Shown piece after piece: positions 19,745 through 30,475 of a DNA stretch of 64,000 bases; the first letter of the stretch is position 1; each line of letters opens with the position of its first letter. A program made the translations under genes and the position numbers. A model generated the notes under the pieces. The model saw nothing but the letters and a program-made list of their open reading frames with translations. It was not told the DNA's origin and did no database searches. The stretch comes from Anaerolineales bacterium. Its GTDB lineage: Bacteria; Chloroflexota; Anaerolineae; UBA1429. Where the stretch lies: the NCBI GenBank assembly GCA_046538105.1, contig JBKHJO010000008.1, positions 79 through 64,078 on the forward strand, in the 5' to 3' direction.

Positions 19745-20941
19745 ATGGTCAGTGGAAGAACTGAAGAGGCCTTCTTTCCGCGCAAACTTTGCATGGGCAT
19801 GGTAGGGGGCGGACGCGGCGCCTTTATCGGCGACGTGCATCGGCGTGCGGCGCGACTGGAGGGTGACGTTGAACTGGTCGCCGGTTGCTTTTCCTCGACG
19901 CCGGAAAAGTCCAGGGCCTCGGGGAGGGATCTGCATGTACCGGAGGATCGGGTGTACGGCACCTGGGAGGAGATGGTCGAGGGCGAGTTGGCGCTTCCCC
20001 AGGAGGAACGCATCGACTTTGTCTCCGTCGTGACGCCCAACCATCTGCACTACCCTATCTCCAAGGCGTTTGTGGAAGCGGGATTCAACGTGGTCTGTGA
20101 CAAGCCCCTGGTGCACACGGTGGAGCAGGCGTTGGATCTGGTGCAGGCCGTTCGGGAGAATGACGTGCTCTTTGCCGTGACGTACAACTATACAGGGTAT
20201 CCCATGGTGAAGCAGGCACGTCATCTTGTACAGTCGGGCGAATTGGGCGAGTTACGTAAGGTGATCGTCGAGTATCCCCAGGGATGGCTGGCGGAGCGCA
20301 TTGAGACGGATGAGAGCGAGAAGCAGGCCGTCTGGCGCACCGATCCGGAGCGCTCGGGTATCTCGGGCTGCATCGGCGATATCGGCTCCCATGCCGAGAA
20401 CCTGGTTTCCTACGTCACTGGCTTGGAGATGGAGGCCATCTGTGCCGATCTCACCACCTTTGTGCCCGGTCGAGAGTTAGATGATGATGGGAACATTCTC
20501 CTGCATTTCAAGGAGGGGGCCAAAGGTATTCTGACGGCCTCTCAGGTCTGTCCCGGACAGGAGAATGCCCTGAGTATACGTGTATGGGGCACCAAAGCGG
20601 GGTTGGCCTGGTATCAGGAGGATCCCAACTATCTCTATGTGCAGAGCAACGAGGCACCGGAAAAGGTCTATAAACGAGGCAACGACTATCTGTGCGAAGC
20701 CGCTGCCGCCGCCACGCGCCTGCCTGCCGGCCATCCGGAGGCATTCATCGAGGCCTTTGCCAACACCTACAAGAACTATGCCGATACCCTGCGCTGCAGG
20801 TTATTAGGCATAGAACCCAGCGAGGTCATGCTGGACTTTCCCACGGTGGAAGATGGCGCTCAGGGCGTCAACTTTATTCATAAGGCGGTGGAAAGCGATG
20901 CTAGCGAAACCAAGTGGACGCCCATCGATTTCTCATTCTAA
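19745..20941 (+). CDS. Gfo/Idh/MocA family NAD(P)-dependent oxidoreductase
   Basis: The Rossmann N-domain reads [13 protein letters not shown]. The C-terminal alpha/beta domain is present. The ATG at 19745 has GGGGAGG 7 nt upstream. The ORF track starts 6 nt earlier. Confidence 0.8.
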   Translation: MVSGRTEEAFFPRKLCMGMVGGGRGAFIGDVHRRAARLEGDVELVAGCFSSTPEKSRASGRDLHVPEDRVYGTWEEMVEGELALPQEERIDFVSVVTPNHLHYPISKAFVEAGFNVVCDKPLVHTVEQALDLVQAVRENDVLFAVTYNYTGYPMVKQARHLVQSGELGELRKVIVEYPQGWLAERIETDESEKQAVWRTDPERSGISGCIGDIGSHAENLVSYVTGLEMEAICADLTTFVPGRELDDDGNILLHFKEGAKGILTASQVCPGQENALSIRVWGTKAGLAWYQEDPNYLYVQSNEAPEKVYKRGNDYLCEAAAAATRLPAGHPEAFIEAFANTYKNYADTLRCRLLGIEPSEVMLDFPTVEDGAQGVNFIHKAVESDASETKWTPIDFSF

Positions 20942-20990
20942 GGTTGATTGATGGCGTGCTCGCGGAAAAAATATGAGAAAGGAGTATGAG

Positions 20991-21989
20991 ATGCCGAGAC
21001 CAGTTACGCTTTTTACGGGACAATGGGCCGATCTGCCCTTAGAAGTTCTGGCGGAAAAGGCCAAGGATTGGGGATACGATGGATTGGAACTGGCATGTTG
21101 GGGCGACCACTTTGAGGTCGATCGGGCTCTCGCAGAGGATGGATATATCAAGGGACGCTGGGATCTGTTGCACGAACACGATCTGGAGTGCTATGCCTTG
21201 AGCACGCATCTCGTCGGCCAGAGTGTGTGTGACGATCCCATCGACGAGCGCCACAAGGCCACGCTGCCGGAGCGCATCTGGGGAGACGGCGATCCCGAGG
21301 GTGTGCGCCAGCGTGCCGCGCAGGAGGTGCGGGATACAGCCCGGGCCGCGGCCGAGTTTGGCGTGGAGGTGGTGAATGGGTTCACGGGCTCCAGCATATG
21401 GAAGTACTTTTATTTTTTCCCGCCTACGCCTCCCGAGATGATCGAGGCTGGTTTTGAGGATTTCGCCTCGCGGTGGAATCCTATCCTGAACGCCTTTAGT
21501 GAGGAGGGCGTGCGCTTTGCGCTGGAGGTGCATCCCACAGAGATCGCCTACGATATCGTGACTGCCAGGCGGGCTCTGGAAGCCCTTGACTATCGCACGG
21601 CCTTTGGGTTCAATTTCGATCCCAGTCACCTCCTCTGGCAGGGGGTAGACCCCGTGCGTTTCATAGAGGAATTCCCGGAGCGCATCTATCACGTACACAT
21701 GAAGGATGCCGCCGTCACTTTGGACGGCTATTCGGGGATTCTCGGCTCTCACCTGGGGTTTGGTCAGGCCCATCGCGGGTGGGATTTTCGCTCCCTGGGG
21801 CACGGCGACGTGAACTTTGAGGAGATCATCCGCGCCTTGAATGTCATTGGCTACGATGGCCCGCTCTCTGTGGAATGGGAAGACGCGGGCATGGATCGCG
21901 AGTTCGGTGCCCAGGAGGCCGCCGAGTTTGTCCATCAGGTCGATTTCCCGCCCTCCGGGGTGGCCTTTGACGCGGCTTTTGGCGATTAG
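20991..21989 (+). CDS. Sugar phosphate isomerase/epimerase (xylose isomerase-like TIM barrel)
   Basis: 332 aa from the ATG at 20991, with AAAGGAG upstream. Characteristic blocks are GYDGLEL, EVHP and HVHMKD. Confidence 0.8.
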   Translation: MPRPVTLFTGQWADLPLEVLAEKAKDWGYDGLELACWGDHFEVDRALAEDGYIKGRWDLLHEHDLECYALSTHLVGQSVCDDPIDERHKATLPERIWGDGDPEGVRQRAAQEVRDTARAAAEFGVEVVNGFTGSSIWKYFYFFPPTPPEMIEAGFEDFASRWNPILNAFSEEGVRFALEVHPTEIAYDIVTARRALEALDYRTAFGFNFDPSHLLWQGVDPVRFIEEFPERIYHVHMKDAAVTLDGYSGILGSHLGFGQAHRGWDFRSLGHGDVNFEEIIRALNVIGYDGPLSVEWEDAGMDREFGAQEAAEFVHQVDFPPSGVAFDAAFGD

Positions 21990-22081
21990 GGAAGGTGGGT
22001 GTCCTTTGCCTGTCCCATTCCCTGCTCATGTAGATGGGTTGGGAATGGGGCGGTCGGTAGGATGGAAGAGCGGGAGGAGTT

Positions 22082-22804
22082 GTGTGTAGAAGCATAGCGG
22101 CGGTGACGTTCGATCTGTGGGGGACGCTGCTCGACGGGCGCTACAGCCTGTGGCCCCGGCGCTGTGAGATGTTGGCTCGCTACCTTCCTTCACACACGTC
22201 AAAGTGTGTGGAGGAGGCCTATGGCGAAAGTTGGCGCCGTTTCTCCCAGGCCACGGACGGGGGGTTCGGTATGCGGGGGGTGACGGTTCTGAGCATGACC
22301 TTGGACCGTCTGGGTGCGACCTTATCTCCTCCCACCTATAAGGCGGTACTGCAGGGTTGGGAAGAAGCCACGCTCCAGGAGCCGCCGCCGTTTCTTGAGG
22401 GTGTCCCCGATATGCTGTATCGACTTCGAGACAAAGGGTTATTGATCGGTCTGATCTCTGATACCGGTGTGACGCCGGGGTGGGTTCTACGCCGCTTATT
22501 GCGGGAGAGAGGGCTGCTCAAAGCCTTTGATTGGCTGACATTTTCCGATGAGATCGGAGTCACCAAGGTGTGCGCCTACCCCTTTACGAGCACGCTGCGG
22601 GTGCTGAGGGTGCCCGCTGAATCCGCCTTACATGTGGGGGATCTGCCTGAGATCGATCTTCGAGGGGCCAGGAGCGCGGGGATGCATAGCGCCCTGGTAT
22701 TGGAGAGCTCTGCGCGTCGCGATGGCATCGCCGAGGCGGAAATCGTCCTGGAACGTATATGCGACCTCCCAAAGGCCCTTTCAGCATGGGAGGCTTGCGC
22801 ATAA
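22082..22804 (+). CDS. HAD-superfamily hydrolase
   Basis: 240 aa ORF. Motif I reads VTFDLWGTL. Motif II reads GLISDT. Motif IV is around VGD. Confidence 0.7.
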   Translation: MCRSIAAVTFDLWGTLLDGRYSLWPRRCEMLARYLPSHTSKCVEEAYGESWRRFSQATDGGFGMRGVTVLSMTLDRLGATLSPPTYKAVLQGWEEATLQEPPPFLEGVPDMLYRLRDKGLLIGLISDTGVTPGWVLRRLLRERGLLKAFDWLTFSDEIGVTKVCAYPFTSTLRVLRVPAESALHVGDLPEIDLRGARSAGMHSALVLESSARRDGIAEAEIVLERICDLPKALSAWEACA

Positions 22805-22808
22805 CGTC

Positions 22809-24740
22809 CTATTCTCCTCCGGCTCCCTCTTTTCCCCCGTGCTCCATGCGCACCAGGATGTCGGCCACCTGAGCGATGGCCACTCGCTGCTTGCGGTAAA
22901 AGTCTGACTCGCTCATGGCCAATTGGTGTGCGATATCGCGGATACGCTTTCCCTGAATGAACTTGAGATCGAGGATATTGTAGATCGTCCATTCCGTGGA
23001 GGTCATGCTGCGTTTACCCTCGGGTTTGAGTTTCTCTATGGCTTCCTTCAGGACGGCACGAACCGCCTTGGCGGGCACGCCGTCGTGGTCGCTGAGGCGC
23101 TCGCGCACCAGTTGCATGCGTAACAACGGGCTCTGACTCAGTTTCGGTCCGCCCCAGAACTCGCCCAGGGCGTCCTTGACGATCTCTGTAAAGGAGTTGG
23201 AGTGGATGGGATTCATCTCAAAGTGCTGTAGCGTATCCTCTCCCACATAGAGGGGGCTGGAGCGCCATTCCTGCAACTGATCCAGTTCGCTGCGCATGCC
23301 TTGCAGCACGGCAAAGACCCGTTGTTGTAAGCGCATATCCTCCAGGGCCAGTTCGGCGCGCTGTACAAGGTTGTGGGCTGCCCCCAGATCTTGGGTGGAA
23401 AAGGAGGTCTTGTTGGCCGTAGCACGGAATCCCAGGATGCCCAACGTGGTGTGCTCGCTGGGGCTGCGCAGCGGTAATAGCCTGTATCCGTCCGCGGCGA
23501 TGAAATCCTCGTTGGTGATGGTTTCCTCTTGCTGGCGGCTTTTGGAGAGAAGATCCATGAGTTGGGGCAGGGAACTCTTGGAGAGAAAACTCTTGGCTTC
23601 CTCCTTAGGGCCGCAAAAGACCCGGATAGACGCGGTGGAGCCCTCCATGGTTACCACGAACGCGGAGGGCACACGGAGCAGGTCTACCAGGGCGATCAAT
23701 GTGTTCTCCAGTAACTGTTCGAGGTCGGTGGTGGTGAAGAGGCGCTCGTCGAGGGTTTGAATCCAGGCTACCTCTTTGCGATCTTTGCGATAGAGTAAAA
23801 GGTCGATGGCCGGCTTGGCCACGTTCACCAATAATTGTAGCACGACCACGCTGCCGGCGACGGTTATGATCAGTATGGTATCGCGGGGAAGCCCCCAGAT
23901 ATGCTCCACGCGCGGGACAGTCAGCATGATGACGATGACCATGATTGCTACGAGGGGGCCACGTAGGAGAAAGTGCATCATGTTGTGCTTGATCACACGG
24001 TCGGGAAGCAGTACGCCCTGATAGGCCACGATGTAGCCGATGACGACCGTCATCAAGGCGATGCCCAAATTCCCCACTAGGGTCAGCAGATGGATAAAGT
24101 TGATGGAAAGGTATTGTCCCGTAGCGGGGATAAGCAGGTAGGGGAAAGCGCTTACCATGGGTGCAACAAAGGCCAGCATGAGGTATGACATGCGGCGCCG
24201 TGAGGTAGAGGTCAGGCAGCGATTGCGCGCCATCCCGATGTTGAGCCATCCGTTCAGGGCCATCGTGACATAGACGATGGCAAACAGCCAGAAAAAGGGG
24301 CCTGCCACTAGATGGTATATGTTGTCCATCTGGGCGACTCCCATAACGATCAGGTCCGTAAAGAGGACGAGAGTCAGAGAGAGTGCCCCCAAGAGGTATC
24401 CAATCAGGGTACCGATGTGTCGCCATCGTGACAGGGAGCCCGTTGTTCGCAGCAGAGCATCGGAAAAGTGTAGATAGGCTGCTGGGACAAAAGCAATACC
24501 CATCCACTGGAAGCGCAGCCAGTCCTCGGCTGACGTCGCCGTATTGACGTTGGCGACGTTCACATCGACGACATAAACTATGCTTATAAAAGCCATGAGG
24601 GCACAAAAGGCCCGCGCCACCGCGTTGCGAAAGTTGTGCGTGAGGATGTAGGCGAACAGAGAGAATCCGATGATGATGTTGACCGATGAAAGTATGAGAT
24701 TACCGAATCTCAGGATAGAAGCGACAGTTGTAGGACTCAT
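22809..24740 (-). CDS. Membrane sensor-regulator: N-terminal polytopic (about 7 TM, HisKA_7TM-like) domain, central GAF-like domain and C-terminal sigma-70-region-4-like / HTH domain
   Basis: 643 aa ORF. About 7 hydrophobic helices span the first ~300 aa. A GAF-like core follows (ALVDLLRVPSAFVV...GILGF). The C-terminal HTH reads TEWTIYNILDLKFIQGKRIRDIAHQLAMSESDFYRKQRVAIAQVADIL. Confidence 0.6.
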   Translation of the reverse strand: MSPTTVASILRFGNLILSSVNIIIGFSLFAYILTHNFRNAVARAFCALMAFISIVYVVDVNVANVNTATSAEDWLRFQWMGIAFVPAAYLHFSDALLRTTGSLSRWRHIGTLIGYLLGALSLTLVLFTDLIVMGVAQMDNIYHLVAGPFFWLFAIVYVTMALNGWLNIGMARNRCLTSTSRRRMSYLMLAFVAPMVSAFPYLLIPATGQYLSINFIHLLTLVGNLGIALMTVVIGYIVAYQGVLLPDRVIKHNMMHFLLRGPLVAIMVIVIMLTVPRVEHIWGLPRDTILIITVAGSVVVLQLLVNVAKPAIDLLLYRKDRKEVAWIQTLDERLFTTTDLEQLLENTLIALVDLLRVPSAFVVTMEGSTASIRVFCGPKEEAKSFLSKSSLPQLMDLLSKSRQQEETITNEDFIAADGYRLLPLRSPSEHTTLGILGFRATANKTSFSTQDLGAAHNLVQRAELALEDMRLQQRVFAVLQGMRSELDQLQEWRSSPLYVGEDTLQHFEMNPIHSNSFTEIVKDALGEFWGGPKLSQSPLLRMQLVRERLSDHDGVPAKAVRAVLKEAIEKLKPEGKRSMTSTEWTIYNILDLKFIQGKRIRDIAHQLAMSESDFYRKQRVAIAQVADILVRMEHGGKEGAGGE

Positions 24741-24767
24741 ACGCGTTCCGTGACTCCGCTCAACATC

Positions 24768-25622
24768 TTATAATCCTATGTGACGAATAACTGTGACGGA
24801 ATAATAGACGATGGGCATGACAAAAAGCAAGTTGTCGATGCGATCCAGCATTCCACCGTGCCCCGGAATGAGTTTCCCGGAATCCTTGACCCCCATCTGA
24901 CGTTTGATGACCGATTCTGCAAGGTCGCCGAGCGTTGCTCCCGTGACGATCAGTAATCCTAACAGGACTCCCCATGGTAAGGACAGGCCAAAAAACAGGT
25001 AACTCGCAGTCATGATAGCAAACATACCGACTACTATCCCCCCGATGGCTCCTTCCCAGGTTTTGCGCGGACTGATCTTGGGGCAAAGTCTGTGTTTGCC
25101 CCAGATATTGCCCACACAGTAGGCGGCGCCATCGCAGATCCAGGTGCCCCCCAAAGCCAACATAAGCCAGAAAAAGCCCTCGTCCAGGCCGCGTAGTCTG
25201 ATCGCGTAGCTCAAAAGTCCGATATAGATACCACCTGCGACGACGATGCCCCAGTTTTGCAGGGCGTCAGGCGCATTGCCCCGAAACACTTCGAAGGTGA
25301 GTGCTGCAAGGGGAATAAAAGTGGAAGCCCAATAGATCAGATCCCATGTCGGCCATTGGGCGTCCAGGACGAAAGATGCGATGAGCAGGCAGATAAATAG
25401 GTACGATACCACCGCCGCCTTGGAAGTCATCTTTACGTATTCGACTCCCGCACAGAGACTGCCTAGCAGTACTATGCCGAACAGGAACGGTCCGCCGAGA
25501 TAACTTGATATGACGACAATAGGCATGAGCATCAAGACACTCAACAGACGATCCCTCAGCACAAAGCACCTCACATAATTGTACGTCCCGAGATTCTCAA
25601 GCGTCCGAGTCCAGTCCCCCAA
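24768..25622 (-). CDS. cdsA: Phosphatidate cytidylyltransferase
   Basis: 284 aa polytopic membrane protein. It carries the CdsA signature C-terminal blocks (PKISPRKTWEGAIGG...GDLAES..KR..GVKDSG). Confidence 0.85.
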   Translation of the reverse strand: MGDWTRTLENLGTYNYVRCFVLRDRLLSVLMLMPIVVISSYLGGPFLFGIVLLGSLCAGVEYVKMTSKAAVVSYLFICLLIASFVLDAQWPTWDLIYWASTFIPLAALTFEVFRGNAPDALQNWGIVVAGGIYIGLLSYAIRLRGLDEGFFWLMLALGGTWICDGAAYCVGNIWGKHRLCPKISPRKTWEGAIGGIVVGMFAIMTASYLFFGLSLPWGVLLGLLIVTGATLGDLAESVIKRQMGVKDSGKLIPGHGGMLDRIDNLLFVMPIVYYSVTVIRHIGL

Positions 25623-26331
25623 ATCTTCGGTCGCGCTGTTGATAGGAGACGAGAGCCTCTCGTAGATCCTGGCGATGAAAATCTGGCCAGAGAGTGGGGG
25701 TAAAATAAAGTTCCGCGTATGCTGCTTGCCAGATCAAAAAGTTGCTCAGACGCATATCTCCAGCGGTACGGATGATTAGGTCAGGATCTGGTAGACCCGC
25801 CGTGAACAGATACTCGTTGAATTGTTCTTCATCCACCTCGTCTGCAGAGAGGTCGTCGGCGATCATACGCTTTATCGCATCCACAATCTCTGCACGCCCT
25901 CCGTAGTTAAAGGCTATATTGACGATCAGGCGGTCATTTTCTTTACTGGCCTCTTCAGCATATTGGATCTTTTGCACGATAACGGGTGCCAGACCATCCA
26001 AAAGGCCCACATGGCGGATTTTTACGCCGCTTTCGATGAATTCATCGAGTTCATTGTCGATGACGCGGTTCAGCAACCGCATAAGGGCGCGAATTTCGGG
26101 GTGCGGGCGATCCCAATTCTCAGTAGAAAAGGCATAGAGCGTCAGTATCTCCACGCCAAAATCCGCGGAGGCTCGGAATATCTCTCGTAGGTTCTCTGTG
26201 CCCGCCCGGTGTCCCGCGGTTCGCGGGAGGCCTCGCGCCTGAGCCCAACGTCCGTTGCCGTCCATGATGATGCCCACGTGGCGCGGTACCCTTTTTAGTG
26301 GGATTGGCGCACGATCCTCCGAGTCGTTCAT
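25597..26331 (-). CDS. uppS: Isoprenyl transferase / undecaprenyl diphosphate synthase
   Basis: 244 aa ORF. Conserved blocks are HVGIIMDGNGRWA, LTLYAFSTENW and RTAGDMRLSNFLIWQ. Confidence 0.9.
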   Translation of the reverse strand: MNDSEDRAPIPLKRVPRHVGIIMDGNGRWAQARGLPRTAGHRAGTENLREIFRASADFGVEILTLYAFSTENWDRPHPEIRALMRLLNRVIDNELDEFIESGVKIRHVGLLDGLAPVIVQKIQYAEEASKENDRLIVNIAFNYGGRAEIVDAIKRMIADDLSADEVDEEQFNEYLFTAGLPDPDLIIRTAGDMRLSNFLIWQAAYAELYFTPTLWPDFHRQDLREALVSYQQRDRRFGGLDSDA

Positions 26332-26897
26332 CAGATTTCCATGATTTCAGAGTGTTTCTGCTCGCCCAGCCGATCCGCTTGCTCGATATATTCGTCCGTC
26401 AGTTCCTGCAGGCGCTCCTTTGCCCTGAAAAAAGCATCCTCCGGGATCTCTCCATTCTCTTCTTGGCTTTCCAGTTTTCTCAGGGCCTCGCGCCGCAGGT
26501 TTCGTATGGCTACCCGCGTCTCCTCGACCCGTTCTCCTACTATCCTTGACAGCTCGCGCCGCCGCTCATCTGTCAGGGAAGGAATGGCCAGGCGGATGAC
26601 GGTCCCGTCGTTATTCGGTGTCAATCCCACGTCGGATTTGAGAATGGCCCTTTCGATTGCAGAAAGCGTGTTGGCATCCCACGGCCTTACCATCAACAGC
26701 CTCGGTTCGGGCACAGAGATCGTCGCCACCTGATTGAGGGGCATGGTGCTCTCATAGACCTCAACAGGGATGTCCTCTATCAGAGCGGGGGACGCGCGGC
26801 CCGTGCGGATACTGAGCAGATTGGAACGCAGCGTCGAAATGGCCTTTTTCATACGCTGTTCTATGTCGCGAAAGATATCATCCATTTGAACATCCAC
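26331..26897 (-). CDS. frr: Ribosome recycling factor
   Basis: 188 aa ORF. Reads LLSIRTGRASPALIEDIPVEVY...IPSLTDERRRELSRIV. Confidence 0.93.
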   Translation of the reverse strand: MDVQMDDIFRDIEQRMKKAISTLRSNLLSIRTGRASPALIEDIPVEVYESTMPLNQVATISVPEPRLLMVRPWDANTLSAIERAILKSDVGLTPNNDGTVIRLAIPSLTDERRRELSRIVGERVEETRVAIRNLRREALRKLESQEENGEIPEDAFFRAKERLQELTDEYIEQADRLGEQKHSEIMEI

Positions 26898-27073
26898 CTC
26901 TCGTGTGCGCTAGTATATAATCCTGATTGTCCTGAAAAGGGGCAGCAAAAAGAAATGTATATCATCTTGTCAGTCGCTGAAAGGCCCTTTTGCGATGGAG
27001 CCCGTTTCCCATCAATCGTTTGAGGGATTAGGATCTTAAGATCAAATCTCGGACCCGTTAGAACGTGGGTGTT

Positions 27074-28425
<1,352 letters not shown>

Positions 28426-28495
28426 CTACTTATCCTTTCGCTTTGCATACCATGAGCCGGGCATAGCGTCCCGGCTCATGAGAATAATCTATCGA

Positions 28496-29362
28496 TTACT
28501 CAACAGCCTCTTGCTCTTCAAATTCTTCCTCGTCGTCTATGATGATGATATCATCCTCTTCCTCATCTTCTGAATAAGCGGCCTCTTCGCCTACGGTGAC
28601 AGGCTCGATCGTCTCCACCAGGGGGCCTTCTCCAACGGGCGCTCCTGCTCCCTCTTCTTCCATGATGACGCCACGCATCTGTTGCCCTTCAATGACCGCA
28701 TCGGCGATGACGCTGGTTATTATGAGGATGGAGCGGATCGCATCGTCATTGGCTGGGATGAGGTACTCGATACCTTCGGGATCGCAGTTTGTATCCACCA
28801 TGGCCATCACGGGGATATCTAGACGATTAGCCTCGCGCACAGCGATATCTTCGGTCTCTACGTCGGTGATAAAGAGCGCCTCGGGCAGCCGATTCAGGTT
28901 GCGCAGGCCGTTCATACGGCGATGGAGTTTATTCAGTTCCCGTAGTTTGGTCCTTGCTTCCTGATTCGGCAGCAATTCGAACTCACCACGTTCATGCTGC
29001 TGCTCCAGTTCGAGCATATACTCTATGCGGGAGCGTATGGTGCGAAAGTTGGTAAGGGTGCCTCCCAGCCAGCGCTGGGTCACATAGGGCATACCACAAC
29101 GTACGGCCTGTTCTCTTACATTTTCCTGGGCCTGGCGCTTGGTGCCTACAAAGATGATGTCGCCGCCCTCTGCGGCCACGTCGCGTGCAAAATCATAAGC
29201 CCTTTCCAGACCCTCCATCGTCTGTTGCAGGTCTATAATGTGTATCCCTTTGCGTTCAGTAAAGATATAAGAGCGCATTTTGGGATTCCACCGTCGGGTG
29301 CGATGACCAAAATGTACTCCCGCCTCCAAAAGTTCTCTCATGGTAACAACAGGCACAAGCAT
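28496..29362 (-). CDS. rpsB: 30S ribosomal protein S2
   Basis: The start is reassigned to the ATG at 29360-29362 (MLVPVVTMRELLEAGVHFGH) with AAGGAGGA directly upstream. An acidic C-terminal tail is present. Confidence 0.93.
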   Translation of the reverse strand: MLVPVVTMRELLEAGVHFGHRTRRWNPKMRSYIFTERKGIHIIDLQQTMEGLERAYDFARDVAAEGGDIIFVGTKRQAQENVREQAVRCGMPYVTQRWLGGTLTNFRTIRSRIEYMLELEQQHERGEFELLPNQEARTKLRELNKLHRRMNGLRNLNRLPEALFITDVETEDIAVREANRLDIPVMAMVDTNCDPEGIEYLIPANDDAIRSILIITSVIADAVIEGQQMRGVIMEEEGAGAPVGEGPLVETIEPVTVGEEAAYSEDEEEDDIIIIDDEEEFEEQEAVE

Positions 29363-29666
29363 TCCTCCTTCGTTTTGTACACCCGCCCCTTTCATCCATT
29401 GGTGAACCGATCATCTGCATCGGCACGACACCTTTGATCCAGGAGCGTGTTTAATAGGATATTTGTATTAACTAAACTAGGAGTATACCATGATGATGGA
29501 CTTTGCACAAAAATTATGTGCAGGTTCGCTTTTTGGCAAAGGGTACGGCTTCTGGGGGCTCCCCAATGAGGCTTTTGTCGGTCTCAAAGTCATATCTTTG
29601 GCACAATCTAGCATCTCGTTTCCGTATGCATGGAGGTCATCTGCTGCGCCTTTGGAGGAGAAAAAG

Positions 29667-30449
29667 ATGTCCGAGATCATCACCTTATGTACGGACTTTG
29701 GGCTGGGGGACGGTTATGTGGCGGCCATGAAAGGGGTTATGCTCTCCATCGCTCCCAAGGCTCGTCTGGTGGATATCAGCCACCAGATTGCACCTCAATC
29801 GGTATGGGAGGGGGCCTTTGTCCTGCGTTCCGCCTATGCGTTCTTTCCTCTGGGCACCGTTCATCTGGTAGTGGTCGATCCCGGGGTGGGGAGCGAGCGA
29901 CGGGCGGTGGCAGTGCGCGTGGGGGGGCACCTGTTCGTGGCACCGGACAACGGGGTGCTCGGATACATACTGCAGGAGGAACGGGAGGTCGAGGCCGTCT
30001 CCCTCACCAATCCGGCCTATTGGCGCGAGGCGGTGAGCAAGACGTTTCATGGGCGCGATATCTTTGCACCTGTGGCGGCGCATCTGGCCCGGGGGGTACC
30101 CCTGGAAGATGTGGGGGAGCCTCTCGAGGAGTTGGTGGGGCTCGATCTCCCCGTTCCTGAGAGGCAAAGTGGGAGTACGATCATTGGTCACGTGATTCAC
30201 ATCGATGGCTTTGGAAATGTGGTGACCAATATTCCCGCCTCCATGTTGCAGGAGGATGCGCGTTGGAAGGTGGTAGCCGGGGAGAAGCAGATCATTGACC
30301 TGTCCTCCACGTACGCCTCGGCACGGCGGGGGGACCCGATCGCCCTCATCGGCAGCCACGGATTCCTCGAAATCGCCGTGAGGGAAGGAAGCGCCGCCCG
30401 TATCGCCCATCTGACTGTGGGCGATACGGTACAGGCGATACGAATATAG
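29667..30449 (+). CDS. S-adenosyl-L-methionine hydroxide adenosyltransferase family protein (DUF62)
   Basis: The true start is the ATG at 29667 (MSEIITLCTDFGLGDGYVAAMKGV) with GGAGGAG upstream. The track's 59-aa N-terminal extension is spurious. Confidence 0.75.
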   Translation: MSEIITLCTDFGLGDGYVAAMKGVMLSIAPKARLVDISHQIAPQSVWEGAFVLRSAYAFFPLGTVHLVVVDPGVGSERRAVAVRVGGHLFVAPDNGVLGYILQEEREVEAVSLTNPAYWREAVSKTFHGRDIFAPVAAHLARGVPLEDVGEPLEELVGLDLPVPERQSGSTIIGHVIHIDGFGNVVTNIPASMLQEDARWKVVAGEKQIIDLSSTYASARRGDPIALIGSHGFLEIAVREGSAARIAHLTVGDTVQAIRI

Positions 30450-30475
30450 GGCAACGCAGAGGCCTGGAAGGGCTC

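Noticed and set aside
29490-29666. N-terminal 59-aa extension of the DUF62 gene (MMMDFAQ...)
   Set aside because: The region is the rpsB divergent promoter. A strong RBS precedes the internal ATG at 29667, and the extension has no homology.
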